From an uncultured Candidatus Saccharibacteria bacterium (GTDB taxonomy: Bacteria; Patescibacteriota; Saccharimonadia; Saccharimonadales; CAIOMD01), in the NCBI GenBank assembly GCA_964566075.1, contig CAZMHJ010000001.1:9890-72796 (forward strand): a stretch of 62,907 bases of DNA, in the 5' to 3' direction. The first letter of the stretch is position 1, and the number at the start of each line of letters is the position of its first letter. A program made the translations under genes and the position numbers. Shown one piece after another: positions 34,301 through 41,426 of the stretch. The notes beneath the pieces were generated by a model. It did no database searches and was not told the DNA's origin. It saw nothing but the letters and a program-made list of their open reading frames with translations.

Positions 34301-35860
34301 AAGCGACTTAGTGTATGCATTATCGGCATTTTCGTTAACACTGTATGAACCAGGGTTTAATGTCACCGTTGTGCCGTTTTCATCACCTGCAAAACTAGCA
34401 TTACTAACATTAGTACCGGTAACATTCATCGTAAAGTTAGCGGCTACTTTAGAACCACCGTTATCATTTACAACATGCTTTTTCACGATGAGTTTTGGCG
34501 CAACATCACTGTTGGTAATTGTACAAGTGGTTGTTTGGTTGTATGACACAACAACGTTCGTACATGTGTTACCAGTCATTTCGTAACCACCAGTATTTGG
34601 GTTAACCTCTGTTACTGTGTATGTACCCGTAGGTAATGTAACTGACTTAGAGCCATTGTTGCCAGTTGTATTAACAAAAGAATACTGCGTGCCATCAACA
34701 ATAAACGCAAAGTCAGCAGCTTTTTTGGTTCCACCATGAGTATTATTAACGACTTTATTAACCGTTAAGGTACCTTTTGTAGCTGTATTAATAAACTTAC
34801 AAGAAACAATATTATTTGCCGCTATTTGAATACCAGTGACTGCATCGCCGTTCTTTGAACCATTCGTGGCAGCACCTGTACAGCTTGCTGAAAGCAACGT
34901 GTAGCCTGTTTTTTGAGTCTCATTAACCGAGTAACCACTGGCAGCGTCAACCTTAACTGCTGGAGTCTTACCAGTCGCGTCGGTCTGGGTTGCTGCTGGG
35001 TTTGAGCCACCATTAATATCAAACGTCCAACCAGCACCTGCGAGCGTCTGATCGTTTGTTGTATTTAGGTTACCATCTGCATCGATATATTTAGTTGTTG
35101 TGATTGTTCCGCCACAAGTCTGGCTTGCAAAAGTAGCAAGACTGGCTGCGAGTTGGCTAAAGTCAGTTGTTATAACATCAGAAGTAAGTACATTACCTGT
35201 GTTTGCATTTGGGCCAGAGATAGCCTTGAGTCGGTCTAGCGAGCCACCCGTAAGACCAATACCAAGTGCGAGCATACGTGTACCGCCATTTTTTACAGTA
35301 TTAGCAGCAATAATTGCAGGATCAAGATGAGCGTTTGGTTGGCTCGTTGTTACACCGCCAACGGTATTGCTTGTTGTTGGGTCGCCATCGGTAGCAAAAA
35401 TAACAAGATTGGGGTTAGAGGTACCACTCGAAAAGGTACTATTAGCCTTAATAAGACCGTCTTCCCAGTTTGTATACCCACCACCAGTGCTAACAGAGTC
35501 AATTGCGTTATTAACCGTAGTAGTGTTGCTGGTGAAATTCTGAAGAACGGTCGCACTGGTTGCAAAACGAGTAACTGAAAATTGCGTAGGAGTTCCACTT
35601 AGCGCATTTGTAAATGCTTTTAAAGCAGCTTTAAACGAGCTCATTTCACTTGAGCTAATGCTATCTGAGTTGTCGATAACAATCGCAATGTCTAGACCAC
35701 ACGCCTGACTTAGCGTCGGGTTAGCAGCGGGAGTTGTGTTCGAAGCGGCGTTGGCCGTCCCCCCTAATAATGTAAGTGGCCCGAATTGAGACACCACAAA
35801 AAGTAACGTTAGTATTGCCCACCTGGCCCTACTAATAGGGTTATATGCTCGCAGCTTCAT
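31343..35860 (-). CDS. Sortase-anchored surface adhesin, 1,505 aa: vWA domain, about 10 tandem Ig-like repeats, 2 DUF11-like repeats and a C-terminal sorting signal
   Basis: The start is set to ATG 35858-35860 (AAGGAGG upstream; MKLRAYNPISRARWAILTLLFVV... is a signal peptide). MIDAS motif VIDNSDS. Repeats end in TCTITN-like motifs. The C-terminus is LVDTGSG plus a hydrophobic stretch plus RRR. Confidence 0.88.
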   Translation of the reverse strand: MKLRAYNPISRARWAILTLLFVVSQFGPLTLLGGTANAASNTTPAANPTLSQACGLDIAIVIDNSDSISSSEMSSFKAALKAFTNALSGTPTQFSVTRFATSATVLQNFTSNTTTVNNAIDSVSTGGGYTNWEDGLIKANSTFSSGTSNPNLVIFATDGDPTTSNTVGGVTTSQPNAHLDPAIIAANTVKNGGTRMLALGIGLTGGSLDRLKAISGPNANTGNVLTSDVITTDFSQLAASLATFASQTCGGTITTTKYIDADGNLNTTNDQTLAGAGWTFDINGGSNPAATQTDATGKTPAVKVDAASGYSVNETQKTGYTLLSASCTGAATNGSKNGDAVTGIQIAANNIVSCKFINTATKGTLTVNKVVNNTHGGTKKAADFAFIVDGTQYSFVNTTGNNGSKSVTLPTGTYTVTEVNPNTGGYEMTGNTCTNVVVSYNQTTTCTITNSDVAPKLIVKKHVVNDNGGSKVAANFTMNVTGTNVSNASFAGDENGTTVTLNPGSYSVNENADNAYTKSLGTDCSGTIALGETKTCIVTNDDKAPALTLIKNLIKDNGGTANATDWTLKATGALASPTNLSGATGSAGATSGSNFKADTYTLSETGGPSGYTASVWTCTNGVTVTNGKITLANGQTTACTITNNDDAPGLTLVKNLVDQFNSGLTKTAWTLTATGPTVVSGAGGASNSNVNAGTYTLSETGPTAGITASAWSCNGGTLQANQLIVALGQNVTCTITNTTQPAKLIVKKVVKNDNGGTASATDFSFSVNGGAAQWFNANGENQINNLPKGTYSVTETQANKDGYATSYDGCTNVSISNGETKTCTITNDDKAPKLTLVKNVVNNNGGTADPTDWTLTATGPTTISGAGGAVSNDSFKAGTYTLSESTGPDGYTLTGWDCVGAKVSDNKVTITSGQEVTCTATNDDNSAALTLVKKLGENLYGAKVSTSEWTLTADGPTHLSGTTPVSGNVNAGSYTLSESGPVKGFTASDWSCVNNKTNVTSIVKSTLALILGADYTCTITNTAVQPKLTVVKHVINGETGGTATASNFTMYVDGNNVSNDEFAGSVAGTDVTLNVGEYEVSEGSHNGYSVAYSEDCDGSVALGDAKTCTVTNTAIAPKLTLKKTVINNNNGENDPSDWTLSATPSDDGDVISGNGLNGVESVTAVANVTYTLSESGPDGYTQGQWWCTGGQLNGNELTLALGDSVTCKITNNDNQHPGLEVYKSGPATAHEGDTVTYTFWVYNSGDTYIDNLSVVDDIAGTADCGGVTWLDPGDWAYCTVKYTIPTPQVADVNNTVTACGDYYGDNWNIYRDYSYNEDDEEGTQTCATDTHTLDVLHPAIKVVKTGPANAKVGDTVTYTFTVTNTGDEPLDTITVADNVAGNGVYKSGDTNSDGKLDVNETWIYTANYTIPAGSEGAQIVNTVKTCGAEPQQEEVNPEISLLKVSTDSIQLPKNNVVTACATDTHTTTVEKPQVLVDTGSGSLTALGYILVITMLGGAFAVSRRR
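32216..35125 (-). repeat. In-frame tandem array of about 10 divergent units of 85-105 codons inside the adhesin gene
   Basis: Recurring ...(K/A)L(T/I)(L/V)VK..V.NDNGG(T/S)...W/F...G(T/S)Y(T/S)(L/V)(S/N)E...C(T/I)(I/V)TN... blocks. The DNA motif gtaattgtaca recurs. Confidence 0.75.
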
Positions 35861-36090
35861 AACCGCCTCCTTTAAATTGCAAAAATACAGCCAGCCTGTT
35901 CTGTCCGATTTTTCAGACAATGAGCTAGTTGTATTTTTATTTCTCCGATACCCACACAGAGGAGGTTTCGCCACTTGCTCCTGCTATACCTGGCGACCAA
36001 GTATTTGGTATAGCTATCAACGCGCTCTGTTATTTCTAAATATATTCCTTTTTTTGCAATATGCAACCATAAGCTTAATAAAAGTAAGTA

Positions 36091-37053
36091 TTATTGAGTT
36101 ATTGCATTCACGCGACTGTCGAGGCTCTGCGCCAGCCCCTGCTGTTGCAGCGCTAAACTATTGCGTGTTTCTACAATAGTATTGTATTGATCGATAAGTT
36201 TCTTGACTGCAATTACTTCTACGTTATAGCTGTTAACACGACTGTTATAGCTCGGAACCTGGTTGTTGTATGCCCGCGTTTGACCCGATTGTAATAATTG
36301 CTCCATTTGTGCTTTTTGAGAGGTCAATGACTTTTCAAGCGTATCAAGATCGGCTTCTCGTTTGGTGATTTCCGCTTTACGGAGCACTAAATCTGCATCG
36401 TATTTCTGTACTTGATCAGCGATATCTTCAAACACTTTTTTATATGAATTTGCCAATGTGACCACTTTTGATCTATCACTAAAATACTTTTCGTAGTACT
36501 GTTCAAGTTCGGGGCCAAGATTAGCATATTCGGTGCCAAGTATAGAATGAAGCTCGTTATCTTGTTCGCCTGGCTCAGATTTTTGATAACTAGCCATGAC
36601 ATCAGTTAAATGTGTGTCATTAATACGCTTATAGGCAGCATTAAGCAGTTCGTCAACATGTGCTTTTTCCTTAGCAGATAACCGTTGATATGCTGCGTGC
36701 AGCATTTCGTGAGCTGCAGTCACTTCTTCTACACCTTGTAGTTTAGCGTCTTCAACTTTAAACACGTAAATATTCGTGCCGGTATAACAACCAAGCACGA
36801 TGGTCTGTTCGGTAGATTTACATTCGCTGTTAAACGTAGAGCGATCGGATATTTTAGGGTCATTGACATATAGCAGCCTCCTACCGTAGGTATTCATACC
36901 ACTATTAGTCGCCAGCGTTGCAACTTCAGCGGGTGCTGTGTAATTACGCAACCTAGACCAATCGTAAAGATTATATCGATTTGTCCATACCAAACCAGCC
37001 GCCGTAAAAACCGTGACTAATACAAGCACTGACCCAAGTAATTTCTTTGGCAT
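36091..37053 (-). CDS. Membrane-anchored hypothetical protein, 320 aa, with HExxH motif and coiled-coil C-terminal half
   Basis: N-terminal TM (LLGSVLVLVTVFTAAGLVW). AAHEMLHAAY is a zincin-like HExxH. The C-terminal half is heptad-rich. Confidence 0.6.
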   Translation of the reverse strand: MPKKLLGSVLVLVTVFTAAGLVWTNRYNLYDWSRLRNYTAPAEVATLATNSGMNTYGRRLLYVNDPKISDRSTFNSECKSTEQTIVLGCYTGTNIYVFKVEDAKLQGVEEVTAAHEMLHAAYQRLSAKEKAHVDELLNAAYKRINDTHLTDVMASYQKSEPGEQDNELHSILGTEYANLGPELEQYYEKYFSDRSKVVTLANSYKKVFEDIADQVQKYDADLVLRKAEITKREADLDTLEKSLTSQKAQMEQLLQSGQTRAYNNQVPSYNSRVNSYNVEVIAVKKLIDQYNTIVETRNSLALQQQGLAQSLDSRVNAITQ

Positions 37054-37075
37054 TAGTTATAGTATACGAATTTTA

Positions 37076-39553
37076 TTACTCTTTGACGACCGAAAAGCTT
37101 AAGCCGTTTTTACCGGCGCCAACTTTAATAATGTCGCCATCTGTGTACGTACCTGCAAGCACTGCTTCAGCAACATGATCTTCAATAGTATCTTGGATAA
37201 GTCGTCTCATTGGTCGCACGCCATTATGGGCATCATAACCGTGTTCTAGTAACCACTCCTTTGCAGCACTGTTGAGTGTTAAGCCCATCTTTTTACGTTG
37301 TAAGCGAGATTGTAATTCGCTAATTTGCACGTCAATAATTTGTTTTACGTCGGGCTTTGTTAATGCACGAAAAACAATTATTTTATCGATACGGTTAATA
37401 AGCTCTGGGCGCATGTGCTTTTTTAGCTCATCATTTACCTTGCTCTTGTTTTCTTCGTGTAGTTGGTCGAGGTTCTTATCTTTACCGCTGCTCACACTAA
37501 AACCAAGGCCTGCTTCTTTCTGTAATAGATGTGCACCAATATTGCTCGTCATGATGATAATGGTGTTTCTAAAATCGACTTTACGACCTTTTGCATCGGT
37601 CAGTTCGCCATCCTCTAGGATCTGGAGTAGCATATTAAAGACTTCTGGATGTGCTTTTTCGATTTCGTCAAAAAGTACCAAACTATATGGCTGTCGCCGA
37701 ATTTTGTCAGTTAACTGACCACCTTCTTCGTAGCCAACGTAACCTGCTGGTGCACCAACAAGACGTGCAACGGTGTGACGCTCGCTAAATTCACTCATGT
37801 CTATTTTAATAAGTGCATCTTCGCGGCCAAAAAACTCGTGCGTAAGCACTCGGGCAAGTTCGGTCTTGCCAACACCAGTCGGACCCATAAAAATAAACGA
37901 ACCAATTGGGCGCTTTTCGCTACCAATACCAGAACGATTACGGCGAATAGCCTTAGCGACAGCCTCTATCGCTTCTTTTTGGCCAATGACATGACGACCT
38001 ATTTGCTGTTCTAGCTTCAATAAGTTTTTTGCTTCTTGTCGAACAATTTTACGCACCGGAATACCCGTTGCTTGGCCGACAACTGCTGCAATATCATCAC
38101 TGGTAAGGGTCAGTCGCTTGTGAGCAGCTGTTTTTTCTTTCAGCTCTTCAAGTTTTTCTTGAGCAGCGCTAATACGTTGCTTATACTTTGCCGCGCGTTC
38201 GTAATCTTCTTGCTCGACCGCATCATCACGACGTACCGATAGTAATTTAATTTCTTTTAGTAGGGTGCGGTATTCGGTTGGTGTTTTACCCTTATCAACC
38301 CGTAGGAGCGCAGCTGCTTCGTCGAGCATGTCGATTGCCTTATCGGGCATAAACCGGTCGTTAATATACCGGTCAGCAAAATAGACCGCGTCTTCGATAA
38401 CTTCATCTGATATTACGACACCATGGAACTGCTCATAGTGGCTTTTAAGCCCTTTTAGTATGGCAACTGTTTCGGGTACGGTCGTTTCTGGAACCACGAC
38501 CGGCTGGAAGCGACGTTCGAGCGCGGCATCTTTTTCGATATGTTTGTGATACTCACTTGTAGTAGTGGCACCGATAACTTGAATATGCCCACGCGCTAAT
38601 GCTGGTTTTAAAATGTTGCCTGCATCAATTGCACCTTCGGCAGCACCTGCGCCAACGAGTAGGTGCATCTCGTCTATAAAAACGATAATTTTCTTATCAT
38701 TGGTGAGTTCCTCCATCACCTTTTTAAGGCGCTCTTCGAACTCGCCACGATATTTCGTACCAGCAATCATGGCTGCAAGGTCAAGCATAACAATACGCTT
38801 ATCTAGTAAGCTATCTGGCACATCTTCAGCAATAATTCGCTGTGCTAAACCTTCAACAACTGCAGTTTTACCAACACCAGGTTCACCAATAAGTACCGGG
38901 TTGTTTTTACTACGACGGTTAAGAATGGTAATCATGCGCCGAATAGTAGCTTCGCGCCCAACTACTGGGTCGAGCTTGCCACTACTCGCAAGAGCCGTCA
39001 AATCGGTGCCAAAATATTCCAGTGCACTCTTGCCACCTTTTTTCTTCGTTCGGGTGGCGGTACGTTTTTGACCATCTTGCTCACTCTCGTATTGCTGTTT
39101 TTGCAAGAACTGCTCGAGCTCTTCAAGTAAACGATCTGTATCGACATTCATATCCTTTAATAAAACCGTAGCTCGCGCATTCTTTTGCATGAGCATACTG
39201 TATAGGATGTGCTCTGTACCACACATATCTTGATTAAAATCTTGGGCATAATCCCAACTCAACTTTAGGGCTAGCTTTGCCGTTTCACTAAGTCCTTTGG
39301 CGCCAAGATTAATAACGAGGTTTTTAGGTGTCAAATTAAGTGCAAGTTGAGCTCGCTGAAAGTTAATACCTGCCCCTTCGAGCATTTTAGCGGCAACAGA
39401 AGATTCTTGGCTTAATACTCCAAGTAAAATATGTTCGGTACCTACATAGGCGCTGCCTTGGGTACGAGCAATCTGGTCAGCCTGCTTAAGGCTTAAGAGT
39501 GCGTTTTCAGTCAAATGGTTCAAAAATTCTTGGAAATCTGGTGATTCAGGCAT
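37076..39553 (-). CDS. clpC: ATP-dependent Clp protease ATP-binding subunit ClpC
   Basis: Two Clp_N repeats, GEPGVGKT and GPTGVGKT Walker A motifs, a UVR-like linker, 825 aa. Confidence 0.92.
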   Translation of the reverse strand: MPESPDFQEFLNHLTENALLSLKQADQIARTQGSAYVGTEHILLGVLSQESSVAAKMLEGAGINFQRAQLALNLTPKNLVINLGAKGLSETAKLALKLSWDYAQDFNQDMCGTEHILYSMLMQKNARATVLLKDMNVDTDRLLEELEQFLQKQQYESEQDGQKRTATRTKKKGGKSALEYFGTDLTALASSGKLDPVVGREATIRRMITILNRRSKNNPVLIGEPGVGKTAVVEGLAQRIIAEDVPDSLLDKRIVMLDLAAMIAGTKYRGEFEERLKKVMEELTNDKKIIVFIDEMHLLVGAGAAEGAIDAGNILKPALARGHIQVIGATTTSEYHKHIEKDAALERRFQPVVVPETTVPETVAILKGLKSHYEQFHGVVISDEVIEDAVYFADRYINDRFMPDKAIDMLDEAAALLRVDKGKTPTEYRTLLKEIKLLSVRRDDAVEQEDYERAAKYKQRISAAQEKLEELKEKTAAHKRLTLTSDDIAAVVGQATGIPVRKIVRQEAKNLLKLEQQIGRHVIGQKEAIEAVAKAIRRNRSGIGSEKRPIGSFIFMGPTGVGKTELARVLTHEFFGREDALIKIDMSEFSERHTVARLVGAPAGYVGYEEGGQLTDKIRRQPYSLVLFDEIEKAHPEVFNMLLQILEDGELTDAKGRKVDFRNTIIIMTSNIGAHLLQKEAGLGFSVSSGKDKNLDQLHEENKSKVNDELKKHMRPELINRIDKIIVFRALTKPDVKQIIDVQISELQSRLQRKKMGLTLNSAAKEWLLEHGYDAHNGVRPMRRLIQDTIEDHVAEAVLAGTYTDGDIIKVGAGKNGLSFSVVKE

Positions 39554-39613
39554 GAAGTTTATACCTTTCTATTCCGGTTATACCCCCGGTAATATATTAA
39601 GTATAGCAATAAA

Positions 39614-39640
39614 TTAGCACTCGTCAATAACGAGTGCTAA
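39614..39640 (-). promoter_or_regulatory. CIRCE (HrcA operator) upstream of clpC
   Basis: TTAGCACTC-gtcaataac-GAGTGCTAA is an exact consensus match. On the minus strand, TTGACG inside the element, a 16-nt spacer and TATACT form an overlapping promoter. Confidence 0.8.
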
Positions 39641-39703
39641 TTTATTTGATAGCTATGCTCTTTTCTGCGTTTCTTTACAAAGAATACAAAAACGTAAAAC
39701 TGT

Positions 39704-40138
39704 TTAGCCCATCTTCTTTTTGAATCTTCTATAGGTGACAACTCCAGCAAGTGCGCCTACGATAAAAGGTGCTGCTAATAACGAATTGTTTATGGCTTCA
39801 AAGGTCGTGTGTGACGGCAGATTTGCCTGGGCTGTTGCTATTTGCTGATTGAGCACTTCTACCTTAGATTGCACACCAGCAGCTAGATCATTGTCACCAC
39901 TCTTGGAAAGGGTATTCAGCGCTGGCGTTAATGACGCTACATCTTTTTGTAGCTGATCAATTTCTGCTTTCTGCTCTTTATATCCTTCTGGTGAGGGTAC
40001 TGCAAATGATACAAGTATTGCAGGAATACCAACCGTTGCGGCTACCCCAATACCCGTAACCACCGCCAATCCTTCGGGTGTATGAAATACTGCTTCATAT
40101 AAGTCATCAACTGGTTCGGGTTGGCGTTCAACTGTCAT
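39704..40138 (-). CDS. Hypothetical protein, 144 aa, with two TM segments flanking a coiled-coil-like segment
   Basis: Track ORF, 4 nt after the nusA stop. Confidence 0.55.
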   Translation of the reverse strand: MTVERQPEPVDDLYEAVFHTPEGLAVVTGIGVAATVGIPAILVSFAVPSPEGYKEQKAEIDQLQKDVASLTPALNTLSKSGDNDLAAGVQSKVEVLNQQIATAQANLPSHTTFEAINNSLLAAPFIVGALAGVVTYRRFKKKMG

Positions 40139-40142
40139 GCGA

Positions 40143-41315
40143 TTACTCTTCTGAATCTTGGCCGTGCTCTTCGATAGCTTCGAGTAGACTGTTCTCTAGG
40201 TCGCTCTTTTTCTTAAGCTTTGGAGCGTTTACAGCTGGTACAACCTTTGCATCTTCGGCAACGATTTCTTTAACAGGTTGCTCGCTTTCAATATCAAGCT
40301 CGTAACCTGTTAGTTTGCTTGCCAAACGAACGTTTTGACCGCTTTTACCAATCGCAACTGATAATTGATCTTCAGGTACAATAACGCGGGCTTTTTGGTT
40401 CTTCTCATCTAGCTCTACACGAGTAACGTTGGTCGGGCTCAGTGCATTTGTAATATATTGCTTTGTTTCATCGGCCCAAATAACAATATCAATTTTTTCT
40501 TGTTCTCCAATTTCGCTCATCACTGCTTGTACTCGAGTACCATGACCACCAACAAACGTACCAACTGGGTCAACACCCTGGACCATGCTCGTTACCGCAA
40601 TCTTACTGCGAACACCTGCCTCGCGAGCAATCCCCTTAATAACAACAGCGCCGTTATCCATTTCTGGTACTTCAGCACGGAATAAATGTTCTAAGAACTC
40701 TGGACAACCACGGCTCACAATCAACTGGGCACCACGGAAACCGCGTTCAACATCCTTAAGGTATACCTTAAGACGTTGACCAGGATAATATCGCTCACCT
40801 TGGATTTGTTCACTCGCAGGCATAATACCTTGTGCTTTGTTGAGCTCTAAACGTATGAGTCGACCTTCAACGCGAGTAACCGTACCGTTAATAACGGTGT
40901 TTATCTTGTCTTCAAATTCAGCCATAACAATCTCACGCTCTGCTTCGCGCAATCGCTGTAAGATTACTTGCTTTGCAGTCTGAGCGGCTACGCGACCAAA
41001 GTTTTCAACTTTTTCTTCAATTTCTACGGTTTCACCAACTTTAGCATTCTTACGAATTACTTGCGCATCACCGAGACTAATCTGTAGATGCTCATTCTCA
41101 ACTTCATCAACGACTTCTTTAGTGATATATACAAAGACAGTACCATTGTTAGTGTTAATAACTGAGCGAACTTCTTGTTCGCGATCACCGTAATCGCGGC
41201 GCCATGCAGCTGCTAATGCCTGCTCGACTGCATCTTGTACCACTTCTTCGGGTAAGTTCTTTTCTTCGGCGATAGCTTTTACCGCCATTACGAGTTGTTT
41301 AGTTTCTAATTCCAT
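40143..41315 (-). CDS. nusA: Transcription termination/antitermination factor NusA
   Basis: S1 and KH domain blocks (GTVTRVEGRLIRLEL, SVAIGKSGQNVRLASKLTG). The start is set to ATG 41313-41315, with AAGGAG upstream. Confidence 0.9.
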   Translation of the reverse strand: MELETKQLVMAVKAIAEEKNLPEEVVQDAVEQALAAAWRRDYGDREQEVRSVINTNNGTVFVYITKEVVDEVENEHLQISLGDAQVIRKNAKVGETVEIEEKVENFGRVAAQTAKQVILQRLREAEREIVMAEFEDKINTVINGTVTRVEGRLIRLELNKAQGIMPASEQIQGERYYPGQRLKVYLKDVERGFRGAQLIVSRGCPEFLEHLFRAEVPEMDNGAVVIKGIAREAGVRSKIAVTSMVQGVDPVGTFVGGHGTRVQAVMSEIGEQEKIDIVIWADETKQYITNALSPTNVTRVELDEKNQKARVIVPEDQLSVAIGKSGQNVRLASKLTGYELDIESEQPVKEIVAEDAKVVPAVNAPKLKKKSDLENSLLEAIEEHGQDSEE

Positions 41316-41426
41316 CAAATTTCTCCTTATCTCATCAAAAAATCCGACCAGACGGCCGGACTCAGAACAATTAAATGGTATCATACTCTAAGACATTTTC
41401 AAATCTAACCAGGAATTTCTTTATAT

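Noticed and set aside
32216-35125. CRISPR array, or a diversity-generating retroelement target, as an explanation for the repeats.
   Set aside because: The repeats are in-frame protein domains of about 270-300 nt with no spacer structure. There is no cas gene, reverse transcriptase or template repeat in the window.
31565-35598. Many plus-strand and out-of-frame ORFs of 60-173 aa within the adhesin gene, with similar ones within the RHS gene, clpC and dnaE.
   Set aside because: They are low-complexity antisense or shadow frames of long, well-supported genes.
31343-35974. Adhesin start at 35974 (MAKPPLCGYRRNK...).
   Set aside because: There is no signal peptide at that start. The ATG at 35860 has an AAGGAGG SD and is followed by a typical signal sequence.
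35983-36014. Inverted repeat GCTATACC-16 nt-GGTATAGC in the adhesin leader.
   Set aside because: It is a short single occurrence with no recognisable operator consensus, which is insufficient to call a regulatory site.
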